Numbered from the stretch's first letter, positions 1-9,492 are shown. The stretch: 64,000 nt of DNA from Candidatus Poribacteria bacterium (GCA_965205015.1 OZ242029.1:4224001-4288000), one strand, 5' to 3'. Notes: generated by a model not told the origin, from the letters alone. Numbers and translations: made by a program.

Positions 1-1
1 T

Positions 2-1342
2 GACGAAACGTTCATCAAAGACCGCACCACCGGATTTGATGACTTCTTTGAACATATCAGCCAATGGACGCCGGAATGGGCGGAAGAAATTACAGGGGTA
101 CCAGCAAAGGATATTGAAAAAGCCGCGATGTGGTATGGCGCTGCCCACAGGGGGGCTATCTACTACACGTTAGGGATCACAGAGCATATCTGCGGTGTTG
201 AGAACGTGCAGAGCCTCTGCAATCTTGCCCTGATGACGGGTAACGTCGGACGCGAGGGGACAGGGATCAACCCGATGCGGGGTCAGAACAACATTCAAGG
301 CGCAGGAGACAGTGGCGCGTTGCCGAACAACTACCCCGGTTTCCAAGCCGTCACGGACCCAGAACACCAGGCGAAATTCAAAGCAGCTTATGGCAGAGCG
401 GTTGACTTGGAGAAAGGCATTACTAAAGTCACCGCCTTAGAACTTTGCGGCGACAGTATCCACGCGATGCTGATAGACGGCGAAAATACACTGCTATCGG
501 ATCCAGATCGGGAACACTGTGAGCACGCGCTCCGGGCATTGGAGCATCTCGTTGTTATTGACATCTTCCTCACCGAAACCGCGGAACTTGCCGATGTCGT
601 GCTACCAGCGACGGCATGGGGTGAAACGGACGGGATCTGCACGAACACGGAACGTCGGGTCCAGCGACTGCGAGCGGCCGTCCCGCCATTCGGCGACGCG
701 AAACCCGATTGGTGGATTATATCTCAAATTGCGCAACGTCTCGGTTTTAAAGGCTTTGATTACGACGCGCCGAAACCGATTTTCAACGAACTCTGCGAAC
801 TTTCACCGATTTATGCAGGATTGGATTGGGAACGCATTGACAAAGGTGCCACGGACATCTTCAACAACCAGTGGCCCGTGCCACATAAAGAACATCCGGG
901 TACACCGAGATTACACGAGGAAACGTTCACCAACGGACGCGGTATCTTTTCCAATGTGCACTACCGAGACCCCGCTGAGACGGTCACTGCGGATTTCCCA
1001 GTGTGGCTCACAACGGGGAGACGCTTGCAATCCTATCACACGCGCACACAGACCGGTAGAGCTGAGGGAATTGATTACCTGTTGTCGGAGGAATCGTTGG
1101 AAGTGAATCCGACTGACATCGAGAAATGGAACCTGACGGATGGGGAATGGTGTAAAATGAGCAGTGCCCGTGGAAGCATCACTATCAAAGTGAAAGCGAC
1201 GAACCGTTCTCCGCGTGGCACAGTCTTCGCGAGTTTCAGTTTCGCGGATGTCCCTGTCAACCTATTGACGGGTTCTGGTTACGACCCAATTACGCACACC
1301 GCTGAATTGAAAGTGTGCCCGGTCCGGTTAGAGCCGCTTTAA
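2..1342 (+). CDS. Formate dehydrogenase alpha / molybdopterin oxidoreductase, C-terminal part (5' end outside window)
   Basis: Frame is open from base 2 (DETFIKDRTTGF...); motifs RGQNNIQGAGD, DIFLTETAELADVVLPA, TNTERRVQ and C-terminal ELKVCPV are typical of FdhF/FdhA. Confidence 0.9.
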   Translation, partial: DETFIKDRTTGFDDFFEHISQWTPEWAEEITGVPAKDIEKAAMWYGAAHRGAIYYTLGITEHICGVENVQSLCNLALMTGNVGREGTGINPMRGQNNIQGAGDSGALPNNYPGFQAVTDPEHQAKFKAAYGRAVDLEKGITKVTALELCGDSIHAMLIDGENTLLSDPDREHCEHALRALEHLVVIDIFLTETAELADVVLPATAWGETDGICTNTERRVQRLRAAVPPFGDAKPDWWIISQIAQRLGFKGFDYDAPKPIFNELCELSPIYAGLDWERIDKGATDIFNNQWPVPHKEHPGTPRLHEETFTNGRGIFSNVHYRDPAETVTADFPVWLTTGRRLQSYHTRTQTGRAEGIDYLLSEESLEVNPTDIEKWNLTDGEWCKMSSARGSITIKVKATNRSPRGTVFASFSFADVPVNLLTGSGYDPITHTAELKVCPVRLEPL

Positions 1343-1377
1343 TATTTTGGGCACACAAAACGCATAGGAGACTATCT

Positions 1378-1569
1378 ATGGAAACGCAAAAGTACGTTTA
1401 CTGGCAAGATGAAACAGTATTTATCGGATATTTGGAGGCGTACCCCGATTATTGGACGCAAGGTGAAACCATAGAAGCCTTAGAGGAAAACCTTCTTGAC
1501 ATTTACAAGGAGCTCACGAGCGGAACTATTCCCTGTATTAGAAAGGTTGCGGAGTTACAGATTGCATGA
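1378..1569 (+). CDS. hicB: HicB-family antitoxin
   Basis: 63 aa with YPDYWTQGETIEALEENL motif; AGGAG RBS; overlaps the downstream hicA by ATGA. Confidence 0.8.
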   Translation: METQKYVYWQDETVFIGYLEAYPDYWTQGETIEALEENLLDIYKELTSGTIPCIRKVAELQIA

Positions 1570-1742
1570 AAAGACGAGACTTGATTCGTGAGTTAAAAAA
1601 GATAGGATGTGCACTCATTCGTCATGGTGCCAAGCATGATTGGTATCAGAATCCGAACACTCGTGTTTCTCAACCAGTGCCGCGCCACAGGGAAATTAAA
1701 GATGTGTTAGCAAAACGCATTCTTAAAATGCTTAGGGATTAA
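1566..1742 (+). CDS. hicA: HicA-family toxin (58 aa, absent from ORF track)
   Basis: Hand translation MKRRDLIRELKKIGCALIRHGAKHDWYQNPNTRVSQPVPRHREIKDVLAKRILKMLRD shows the GxxH and VPRHxEI HicA motifs. Confidence 0.85.
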   Translation: MKRRDLIRELKKIGCALIRHGAKHDWYQNPNTRVSQPVPRHREIKDVLAKRILKMLRD

Positions 1743-1747
1743 AGGAG

Positions 1748-2065
1748 ATGTCTATGAGTTGGAAATCACGCTGGTTAGAAGAGCATCCCGATGCTGAGGC
1801 TTTAAAGCAACAGTTAACATCTGAAGGCTTCGATGCATATCAATGGACAGGCCGTCCCGGGGGTGCCTATCTCGATTATATTCACACGCAAGATGAAGTC
1901 GTCTGTGTGTTGTCCGGCACGGCTGATGTGAAAGTTGCCGATGAACAGGGAACCGTCGAACCCGGCGACAGGATGGATGTTCCCGCGAACACCTATCATT
2001 CAATCACTGTCACAGGCGGGGAGCCATTGGTGGTCCTGACGGGAATGCGGTCTTCTAACAATTAG
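1748..2065 (+). CDS. Cupin-domain protein
   Basis: HTQDE...LSG and PGD...VPANTYHS cupin motifs. Confidence 0.8.
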   Translation: MSMSWKSRWLEEHPDAEALKQQLTSEGFDAYQWTGRPGGAYLDYIHTQDEVVCVLSGTADVKVADEQGTVEPGDRMDVPANTYHSITVTGGEPLVVLTGMRSSNN

Positions 2066-2221
2066 GGAACAGGGTAGGTACAAGCCTCGTATTCAAGGAA
2101 CAGGGTAGGTACAAGCCTCGTATTCAAGGAACAGGGTAGGTACAAGCCTCGTATTCAAGGAACAGGGTAGGTACAAGCCTCGTATTCAAGGAACAGGGTA
2201 GGTACAAGACCTACCCCTACA
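2066..2221. repeat. 31-bp tandem repeat (4 exact copies plus a terminal REP-like palindrome)
   Basis: GGAACAGGGTAGGTACAAGCCTCGTATTCAA x4, then GGAACAGGGTAGGTACAAGACCTACCCCTACA. Confidence 0.95.
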
Positions 2222-2286
2222 GTACCATTACGGGGTACTTTTTCTTATTTTATACCCAACTTACATCAAAATATAAAGGAGCATTC

Positions 2287-3774
2287 ATGAATATTACTGT
2301 CAAAACGGGCGGGTTTGCTCAGGAGCAGACCGATGTTATTGCCCTCGGTATCTTGGAAAACCCAGATTTCTATAGCGCGCCTCTCCAAAACATAGAACAG
2401 GCACTCGGTGGACGCATTCGGGAAGTGATGAATCTTGGCGATTTCACAGGCAAGCATAACACGACGAGTTGGCTCTATACAAACGGAACCATCGCAGCAC
2501 CGCGCCTGCTTCTGGTGGGTTTGGGTGAATATCACGATCTCACTGTTGAGAAGGTGCGTGAGGCAGCTGGGACTGCTGCGAAAGCCATCCGCGACATGGG
2601 GTTAAGTACCGCCGCAATTCCGATTCCTATTGAAGCGACTCCCGAAATGATTCAAGCCGCTGCGGAGGCAAGCCTTCTCTCGCTCTATCAGTTCAACGAA
2701 CACAAAACGGACACCGACGATGACGATAAGAAAAAGAAACTTGAATCTATTACATTTTTGGTTGACAACGAGCAAATCAAGGCAACGATAGAAGATGCCG
2801 TGGTACGCGGGCAAACGATAGCCAACGGTACACTTCTCGCCCGCGACCTCAGTAACCAGCCCGCGAACTATCTCACACCGATACAACTCGCCGAAAAGGC
2901 ACAAGCGGTCGCAGAAGCAGCGGGACTCAATTGTGAGATATTTGATAAAGCGACCCTCGAAGAAAAAGGATTCCGGACCCTTCTCGCTGTCGCGCAAGGC
3001 AGCGTTGAAGAACCTCGGTTTATTATTCTCGAATATACACCAGACGGTGAAGGACAAGACACCGTCGTGCTTGCTGGAAAAGGGATCACCTTTGACACAG
3101 GTGGGATCTCGCTCAAAGCTGGAAGTGGCATGCACGAGATGAAGCACGATATGTCGGGTGCTGCTGCCGTGATCGGTGCCATGCAGGCGATCGGTCATCT
3201 GAAGCCAAACGTACGCGTCATCGGTGTGATTGCGGCGACTGAGAATATGCCGAGTGGGACGGCTGTGAAGCCGGGGGATGTCGTCACCTCCTACGGTGGC
3301 AAAACGATTGAGATCCTCAACACTGATGCTGAAGGACGGTTGGTGTTGGCAGATGCGCTTGGATGGGTGGCACAGTATAATCCGAAGGGGGTTGTCGATT
3401 TAGCCACGCTCACGGGGGCTGTGATAACCTGTTTAGGGCATATCGCGGCGGGTGCGATGGGAACGGATCCCGAGCTCATGGTGAAGGTGAAATCTGCCGC
3501 CGTAAAGACACACGAACGGGTCTGGGAATTGCCACTCTGGGACGATTACGATGAAGGCGTGAAAAGCAAGGTCGCCGACGTACAGAACATCGGTGACGGC
3601 GGTGCTGGGACGATTGCGGGCGGCGCGTTCCTGAAGAAATTCGCTGAAGGCTATCCGTGGGTTCACCTTGATATCGCTGGCATGGCGTGGGGAATGAAGG
3701 GTGGCTCCTATATCCCTGAAGGCGCGTCCGGTTACGGGGTGCGGTTGTTGGTGCAACTCGTTGAGGATTGGTAG
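2287..3774 (+). CDS. pepA: Leucyl aminopeptidase (M17)
   Basis: GKGITFDTGG, MKHDMSGAA, NTDAEGRLVLAD motifs. Confidence 0.96.
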   Translation: MNITVKTGGFAQEQTDVIALGILENPDFYSAPLQNIEQALGGRIREVMNLGDFTGKHNTTSWLYTNGTIAAPRLLLVGLGEYHDLTVEKVREAAGTAAKAIRDMGLSTAAIPIPIEATPEMIQAAAEASLLSLYQFNEHKTDTDDDDKKKKLESITFLVDNEQIKATIEDAVVRGQTIANGTLLARDLSNQPANYLTPIQLAEKAQAVAEAAGLNCEIFDKATLEEKGFRTLLAVAQGSVEEPRFIILEYTPDGEGQDTVVLAGKGITFDTGGISLKAGSGMHEMKHDMSGAAAVIGAMQAIGHLKPNVRVIGVIAATENMPSGTAVKPGDVVTSYGGKTIEILNTDAEGRLVLADALGWVAQYNPKGVVDLATLTGAVITCLGHIAAGAMGTDPELMVKVKSAAVKTHERVWELPLWDDYDEGVKSKVADVQNIGDGGAGTIAGGAFLKKFAEGYPWVHLDIAGMAWGMKGGSYIPEGASGYGVRLLVQLVEDW

Positions 3775-3780
3775 TTTAAG

Positions 3781-3891
3781 AGTCGTCAGTTATCGGTTAA
3801 AGAGGTTCTTGACTGAACTAAACTGCCTCTTTAACCGACGACCGAAAGGAAATCTGTATGGCAGATTTTCGTCCTGACAACTGATAACTGT
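3781..3891. repeat. Heptamer-flanked inverted-repeat element between convergent genes (probable bidirectional terminator)
   Basis: TCGGTTAAAGAGG (3793-3805) pairs with CCTCTTTAACCGA (3826-3838); CAGTTAT/CTGATAA-type heptamers flank it; relatives at 5470 and 6646. Confidence 0.7.
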
Positions 3892-3894
3892 TAA

Positions 3895-5448
3895 TTATCC
3901 TTCCGAACGGATTTGGATTAACTTATTTACGGCGTGGATGTAAGCCCGTGCGCTCGCTTCGATGATGTCGGTGCTCGCACCGTGTCCGGTGATGATGTGT
4001 CCGTTGTCTTGGACCTTCAATGAGACCTCACCGATAGCGTCTTCCCCTTCGGTTACGGAACGAATCTGATAGTCGATGAGGTTTAGTTGAATGTCGACAA
4101 TTTGACTGATCGCTTTAAACGCCGCATCTACAGGTCCGTCGCCGGTTGAGGCTCTCTCAACGACACCCTCTTCCGTCCGAACACCAACGGTCGTTGTCGG
4201 TGAGATTCTCGTTCCACTGACAATTTGGATATAATCCAACTCAAAAACAGCAGGAATGGCGCGAATCTCATCGCTCATGATCGCCTCAAGATCGGCATCC
4301 TGCACGGCTTTCTTCTTATCAGCAACCCGCAAAAACCTTTCATAGACTTTTTCCAGCTGATCCGCGTCCACTTCATAGCCGAGTTCGCTGAGTCGGTGTC
4401 TGAGAGCATTACGTCCGGAACGTGGGCTGAGAATCAGTTGACTCTCTTTCCATCCGATCTCTTTCGGATCAATGATTTCAAAAGTCACACGCGATTTGAT
4501 GATACCGTCTTGATGGATGCCCGAACTGTGTGCGAATGCGTTCGCACCGACAATCGCTTTGTTCGGTTGAACGGCAATACCCATCGTCCGACTCACACGC
4601 CTGCTGATCGGAACGATTTCTTTGGCGTTAATATCGGTATAATATGCTTTAAAGTAATCTCGGCGGGTTCGGATCGCCATAACGACCTCTTCCAACGAAG
4701 TATTACCAGCCCGTTCTCCGAGTCCATTGATTGTGCACTCGACCTGCCGTGCGCCCTGCTCAACTGCTATAAGACTGTTCGCTACTGCTAAACCGAGGTC
4801 GTTATGGCAGTGTACACTAATAATGGCATCGTTAACATTTGGGACATTCTCCATGATGCCCTTAATTAAATCGCCAAACTCCGTTGGCACTGTCCATCCG
4901 ACGGTTTCCGGGATATTGATGACGGTCGCCCCCGCAGCGATCGTCGCTTCGACGACTTCATAAAGGAAGGCTAATTCCGTCCGTCCCGCGTCCATTGGTG
5001 AAAATTCGACATTCGCATCCGGGTGTCCTTCGCACAAACGTTTGGCATAGGCGACCGCGTCGGTTGCCATTTGCAATGTATCTTCAGGGGTTGTCCGTGT
5101 AATGCGTCCCATGTGAATTGGTGAAGTTCCGACAAAAGTGTGGATACGGGCGCGTGGTGCATCCTTAATAGCTGCCCATGCGGCAGTAATATCTTTCTCC
5201 ACAACGCGAGAGAGGGCACAGATTTCCGGTCCTTCAACTTCGTTGGCTATCCGTTTGACCGCATCGAAATCCCCCGGCGACGAAATTGGGAATCCGGCTT
5301 CAATGATATCAACATTTAATTTCGCGAGGTGCTTGGCAATCTCCAGTTTTTCCTCAATACCGAGTGCAGCACCGGGGGTCTGTTCAGCATCGCGAAGCGT
5401 TGTATCGAAAATATAGACTTTCTGCGGGTTGTTTTGAAAATCGTCCAA
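3895..5448 (-). CDS. leuA: 2-isopropylmalate synthase
   Basis: [29 protein letters not shown] motifs and C-terminal regulatory domain (GDGPVDA). Confidence 0.95.
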   Translation of the reverse strand: MDDFQNNPQKVYIFDTTLRDAEQTPGAALGIEEKLEIAKHLAKLNVDIIEAGFPISSPGDFDAVKRIANEVEGPEICALSRVVEKDITAAWAAIKDAPRARIHTFVGTSPIHMGRITRTTPEDTLQMATDAVAYAKRLCEGHPDANVEFSPMDAGRTELAFLYEVVEATIAAGATVINIPETVGWTVPTEFGDLIKGIMENVPNVNDAIISVHCHNDLGLAVANSLIAVEQGARQVECTINGLGERAGNTSLEEVVMAIRTRRDYFKAYYTDINAKEIVPISRRVSRTMGIAVQPNKAIVGANAFAHSSGIHQDGIIKSRVTFEIIDPKEIGWKESQLILSPRSGRNALRHRLSELGYEVDADQLEKVYERFLRVADKKKAVQDADLEAIMSDEIRAIPAVFELDYIQIVSGTRISPTTTVGVRTEEGVVERASTGDGPVDAAFKAISQIVDIQLNLIDYQIRSVTEGEDAIGEVSLKVQDNGHIITGHGASTDIIEASARAYIHAVNKLIQIRSEG

Positions 5449-5469
5449 AGCTCTATTCCTCCAATTTAG

Positions 5470-5598
5470 AGTCGTCAGTTATCAGTTGCCAGTCGTCGGT
5501 TAAGAGTACCCGTGTAACAAGCGGTTCCTTAGGATTGGAAGCACGCCAAGAAGGGGGAATGTGTTGCAAAAACCTCTTAACTGAAAACCGAAAACTAT
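5470..5598. repeat. Heptamer/inverted-repeat element between aroF and leuA
   Basis: GTCGTCAGTTATCAGTTGCCAGTCGTCGGTTAAGAG ... CTCTTAACTGAAAACCGAAAACT. Confidence 0.7.
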
Positions 5599-5601
5599 TC
5601 C

Positions 5602-6627
5602 CTACATTTCACGACCAACGGCAATCGCTATTGATTTCAGTTCCTGCATGAGGGTCTCGAATTGATCAGGGAACAGCGACTGTGCACCATCTCCTGTCAT
5701 TGAATGATCTGGATCGTGATGGACTTCAAGTAACAGTCCATCTGCGCCTGCCGCCACAGATGCCTTTGTCATATCACAGACGAGACTCCGGATACCCGTG
5801 CCGTGGCTCGGATCCACAATAATAGGCAGATGGCTCAATTCGTGAATAACAGGTACTGCGTTCAAATCAAGGGTATTACGGGTATGCGTTTCAAAAGTCC
5901 GAATGCCCCGCTCGCAGAGAATGACATCGGGGTTTCCTTCTGCGAGAATATATTCAGCGGCGAGGAGCCATTCTTCAATTGTTGCCGACATTCCGCGTTT
6001 GAGGATGACAGGCTTATTTGCTCGTCCCACTTCGCGCAACAGATAGAAATTCGTCATGTTCCGCGTGCCGAGTTGAAACATATCTGTATATTCACCAACG
6101 AGTTCAACTTCGTGTGGTGTCATGACCTCAGTGACGATGCCGAGTCCTGTTTCGGCTTTCGCTGCTTCCAGCATCTTAAGAGCCTCTTTACCGTAGCCTT
6201 GGAAACTATAAGGTCCGGTTCTCGGTTTAAAAGCGCCGCCTCTGATGAAACTCGCACCGGCTTTTCGGACCTGTTGCGCAATGGTTACGATCTGTTCCGT
6301 GCTTTCTACTGCGCACGGACCGGCAATGACGGGTACCTGCCGTCCACCAATTTTCGTGTCGTTGACTGCAATAACCGTCGGTTCATCCCGAAACTCACGG
6401 CTTGCCAATTTGAACGGTGCCGTAATTGGCATCGTCCGATCGACCCCCGACATTGACTCTATCGGAATATCACCAAGCAATGTTTTATCTCCTATGACAC
6501 CGATGACAGTGTGTCTCTCACCGACTGAGACTTGTGCTTTCAAGCCTGCATCTTCGATCCGTTTTACAACAGCGTTGACATCTGCTTGTGTCGCATCGGT
6601 CTTGGTAACAATTACCATCCTTTTCAA
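5602..6627 (-). CDS. aroF: DAHP synthase, type I-beta with N-terminal ACT/ferredoxin-like regulatory domain
   Basis: [41 protein letters not shown] motifs; GGAGG RBS before a TTG start. Confidence 0.93.
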   Translation of the reverse strand: MKRMVIVTKTDATQADVNAVVKRIEDAGLKAQVSVGERHTVIGVIGDKTLLGDIPIESMSGVDRTMPITAPFKLASREFRDEPTVIAVNDTKIGGRQVPVIAGPCAVESTEQIVTIAQQVRKAGASFIRGGAFKPRTGPYSFQGYGKEALKMLEAAKAETGLGIVTEVMTPHEVELVGEYTDMFQLGTRNMTNFYLLREVGRANKPVILKRGMSATIEEWLLAAEYILAEGNPDVILCERGIRTFETHTRNTLDLNAVPVIHELSHLPIIVDPSHGTGIRSLVCDMTKASVAAGADGLLLEVHHDPDHSMTGDGAQSLFPDQFETLMQELKSIAIAVGREM

Positions 6628-6645
6628 CTACCTCCGCCTTTTTAA

Positions 6646-6740
6646 TAGTTTTCAGTCTTCAGTCTTCAGTTTTCAGTTAAGAGGTTTTCGTTTAAAAGTT
6701 CCCTCTTTAACTGATAACTGACAACCGATGAGCGATAACC
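6646..6740. repeat. Heptamer/inverted-repeat element in the aroF leader
   Basis: (TTCAGTC/T)x4 then TTAAGAGG ... CCTCTTTAACTGATAACTGACAACCG. Confidence 0.7.
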
Positions 6741-6807
6741 ACTCTTCCGATGAATGACAACCAATACACCGAAAGATAATTCTGTCTGTCGCAAATGAAA
6801 CTCGGTT

Positions 6808-6848
6808 AAAAAAAATACCCAACATTGAAATCTTTTTCAACGCCGGGT
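6808..6848 (-). terminator. Rho-independent attenuator terminator upstream of aroF-leuA
   Basis: Minus-strand ACCCGGCGTTGAAA-AAGA-TTTCAATGTTGGGT forms a 14-bp stem with G-U pairs, followed by A and 8 U. Confidence 0.85.
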
Positions 6849-6900
6849 GGTGATACTGGAATCGGTTAATCTTTGTAATATGGGCATTACCTGCGAACTT

Positions 6901-7083
6901 TCACCACCTGTCGTTGCTGTACAAATATAAGTACAGGTACAGATACAATCCAAAAAGGCCTGTGCTTGTAAGTCGCGTAAAAAGGGACCCTGCGTAGGAG
7001 GAAGCGTTCCCTAAAGAGATTGAAACAGCACGGACGTGAGGTATCTGTATTGTGGTAGTATTACGTAGAAGTGTTCGCATCAT
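6901..7083 (-). CDS. Putative Leu/Tyr-rich attenuator leader peptide (60 aa)
   Basis: AGGAAA-TTG-ATG-ATG start; peptide ends LFGLYLYLYLYLYSNDRW; stop region is complementary to the 5' arm of the terminator. Confidence 0.75.
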   Translation of the reverse strand: MMRTLLRNTTTIQIPHVRAVSISLGNASSYAGSLFTRLTSTGLFGLYLYLYLYLYSNDRW

Positions 7084-7273
7084 CAATTTCCTAAAAATTA
7101 GGGCACTCAAAAAATCGACCCTAATGCGCTGAAAGCAAATGCCGCTATCAAAGCGGACCTCTTTGTAACCTAAGACGTTATTTCTGGAAAAGTGTTTATG
7201 CTTTTTGATATAGGCACGCGTTTTGTCATCCAAAATCCCATGCCCTATTATAATACCTGACCAATTTTATTAT

Positions 7274-7302
7274 ATAATAACACATTTTTTTTCGCAAGTC
7301 AA
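7274..7302 (-). promoter_or_regulatory. Sigma70-type promoter for leader-aroF-leuA
   Basis: TTGACT-17 nt-TATTAT with TGn extended -10. Confidence 0.6.
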
Positions 7303-7359
7303 ATTTCTTTTTTCTCCAACCCTAGGTAAAGTGTCAATTTCTCAGCCGATCAAATAGCG

Positions 7360-7388
7360 TTGACTCCTAAATTAAGGTGTGTTAATAT
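7360..7388 (+). promoter_or_regulatory. Sigma70-type promoter for the uridine kinase-like gene
   Basis: TTGACT-17 nt-TAATAT with TGn extension. Confidence 0.5.
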
Positions 7389-7404
7389 AGGAAAAGAGGA
7401 CAGT

Positions 7405-8070
7405 ATGGAGAAAACTATGCCGAAACCAGAACACTTTACACCGATTACCGTTGGGATTATGGGCGGCTCCGCCTCTGGAAAGACGACGTTCGCGAGTGCC
7501 TTAGCGGAACAACTCACGGATTTATTGCCTGTTGTGCTGAATCAGGACTCCTATTTTCGCGATTGGTCGGAATACTCGGAATCGGAACGGGAACGCGTCA
7601 TCACGGCGAATCACCCGGATGCCGTCCTATGGGATGCCCTCATCGCGGACATTAAGAAACTCCGCAATGGCGATACGATCAACACACCCACCCCCGGCAC
7701 GCGTGCCGCGCAACGCGGCGACGCAAAAGCGAGCGTGCAACCGAGCAAAGTCGTTATTGTGGAGGGACATCTCATCTTCTGGAGTGAAGATTTACGAGAC
7801 TTGATGGACATGAAACTGTTCCTTGATGTAGATGCACATGAACGCGTCCTGCGCCGGATGCTCCGTGATGTTGCACAACGCGGGGGTGATTTGGAGTGGT
7901 GTATTAATTGGTATCGGCGCGATGTCCTCCCTAACTTTCCAGTCTATACCGAACCCTGTAAGCAGTATGCTGACCTGATTATCCCGTTCCAAGATGACAA
8001 TCCAGTCGCATTGCACACGCTGGTCGCTGGTATCCGTGCCCGGATCGCAGAACACAGCGGAACATCTTAA
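7405..8070 (+). CDS. Uridine kinase-family P-loop kinase
   Basis: GIMGGSASGKTT, QDSYF, HPDA, VIVEG, RRMLRD, EPCKQYADLIIP. Confidence 0.8.
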   Translation: MEKTMPKPEHFTPITVGIMGGSASGKTTFASALAEQLTDLLPVVLNQDSYFRDWSEYSESERERVITANHPDAVLWDALIADIKKLRNGDTINTPTPGTRAAQRGDAKASVQPSKVVIVEGHLIFWSEDLRDLMDMKLFLDVDAHERVLRRMLRDVAQRGGDLEWCINWYRRDVLPNFPVYTEPCKQYADLIIPFQDDNPVALHTLVAGIRARIAEHSGTS

Positions 8071-8230
8071 TGCCGACACTCGCGTAAAATACGCGCCTCC
8101 CCCATTCCTCTAACCCTTAAAGTCATTTTGACATATAGGTAATGCCACAGTGGCAAGGGGTGTGCCAATTTGGCGAGCCCGTTTCCTGCCTGCATTTCTG
8201 GAAATTTTGATGTATAGAGGTGGTCGCATA

Positions 8231-8294
8231 GGGTAGGCACAAAACCTATCCCTATAGCCTCCATATCTACATATGCACAAGACCTATCCCTACA
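8231..8294. repeat. REP-like palindromes (same family as 2190 and 30433)
   Basis: GGGTAGGCACAAAACCTATCCCTATA and GCACAAGACCTATCCCTACA. Confidence 0.7.
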
Positions 8295-8325
8295 GGGTTG
8301 GTGCTTACCGAGATTGGATTAGCTT

Positions 8326-8341
8326 TGGCACGGAAATTGCT
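8326..8341 (+). promoter_or_regulatory. Sigma-54 (-24/-12) promoter 1
   Basis: TGGCAC-GGAAA-TTGCT matches consensus TGGCAC-N5-TTGC. Confidence 0.7.
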
Positions 8342-8390
8342 CAGTATGCAAACAGTGAGGCAGATACCTTCGGATCGCCTCAAAAAAGAT

Positions 8391-8406
8391 TGGCATAGAA
8401 ATTGCT
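8391..8406 (+). promoter_or_regulatory. Sigma-54 (-24/-12) promoter 2
   Basis: TGGCAT-AGAAA-TTGCT, ending about 40 nt before the hsp20 ATG. Confidence 0.7.
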
Positions 8407-8445
8407 TCTAACATCTACAGAAACAAAATTCAAAAGGAGAAAAAA

Positions 8446-8898
8446 ATGACTTACTTAACAACGCGCAGACCGATGAGAAACCTGTTCAGCCTCCACAACG
8501 AGATGGGACGCATTTTTGGAGACCTCTTCGCTCCCCACGAAAACGGAACGGATACGGAAGAAACCTCTTGGATGCCCACGGTAGACATCTCTGAAACCGG
8601 AAACGGGTACGAAATCCGAGCCGAACTTCCCGGTGTCTCCGAAGACGATGTCAATGTCTCCCTAACCGACAACGTCCTCACCGTCAAAGGTGAGAAACGG
8701 CAGGAAGCGGAAACGGAAGGCAAGAATTACCATCGTGTGGAAAGACGATACGGCAGCTTCCAACGGAGTTTCACACTACCGAGGCACATTGAAACCGATG
8801 CCATCAAGGCAGAATTCAAGGACGGTGTCTTGACACTCGGAATTCCGAAAGCGGAAGCGGCGAAACCGACTGAAGTCCCGATCAAAGTAAACGCTTAA
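8446..8898 (+). CDS. Hsp20/alpha-crystallin small heat-shock protein
   Basis: PTVDISET, AELPGV, ERRYGSFQRSFTLP, FKDGVLT. Confidence 0.95.
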   Translation: MTYLTTRRPMRNLFSLHNEMGRIFGDLFAPHENGTDTEETSWMPTVDISETGNGYEIRAELPGVSEDDVNVSLTDNVLTVKGEKRQEAETEGKNYHRVERRYGSFQRSFTLPRHIETDAIKAEFKDGVLTLGIPKAEAAKPTEVPIKVNA

Positions 8899-8999
8899 AC
8901 CAACAGCTTGGGTATGCCTCGTAACTTGGACGGTTCACGAGGCTACCCTTAGCGTACATGAAACACACGAATTACGAAGTACACGAAAGGAGAATGAAA

Positions 9000-9431
9000 A
9001 TGACTTATTTGACGTTACGCAGACCAACAAGAAATCTCTTCAGCTTCTACAGCCCGTTTTTCACACCTCAACGCACAAGGAACGATGCGGACGGATACAG
9101 TTGGACACCCTCAGTTGATATTTCGGAAACAGACGAGAGTTTTGAAGTCCGCGCTGAACTCCCTGGGGTCGCAAAGGACGATATTCATGTCTCTGTCAAA
9201 GATAACCTCTTGACGCTCCGCGGGGAGAAACGGCAGGAGAAGGTGGATGACCCCCAAAATTATCGCAGCGTTGAAAGGCGGTACGGCAGTTTCCAACGGA
9301 GATTTACACTTCCATCGGAAGTAGAAACAGGCGACATCAAAGCCGAATTTAGCGATGGTGTGTTGACGCTCGCTATCCCGAAGCCGGAAGCCGTAAAACC
9401 GACCGAGATCCCTATCACAACTGTATCGTAA
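9000..9431 (+). CDS. Hsp20/alpha-crystallin small heat-shock protein (tandem paralog)
   Basis: Same motifs; both proteins start MTYLT; AAGGAG RBS. Confidence 0.93.
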   Translation: MTYLTLRRPTRNLFSFYSPFFTPQRTRNDADGYSWTPSVDISETDESFEVRAELPGVAKDDIHVSVKDNLLTLRGEKRQEKVDDPQNYRSVERRYGSFQRRFTLPSEVETGDIKAEFSDGVLTLAIPKPEAVKPTEIPITTVS

Positions 9432-9453
9432 TACATTTACCATAGCAGAAAAT

Positions 9454-9492
9454 AAGAAAGGCTGGCGCGTGGATGTGCCAGCCTTCTTTTTT
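9454..9492. terminator. Bidirectional rho-independent terminator
   Basis: AAGGCTGGCGCG-TGGA-TGTGCCAGCCTT then CTTTTTT, between convergent genes. Confidence 0.8.

Noticed and set aside
2-1342. Selenocysteine recoding in formate dehydrogenase
   Set aside because: No in-frame TGA in the visible part; the Cys/Sec ligand would lie upstream of the window.
2066-2221. CRISPR array
   Set aside because: Units are contiguous and identical with no unique spacers, and there are no cas genes in the window.
7084-7233. N-terminal extension of the leader ORF (110-aa call from TTG)
   Set aside because: The ATG-ATG at 7083 has a better RBS (AGGA); the longer start is not excluded but is less supported.
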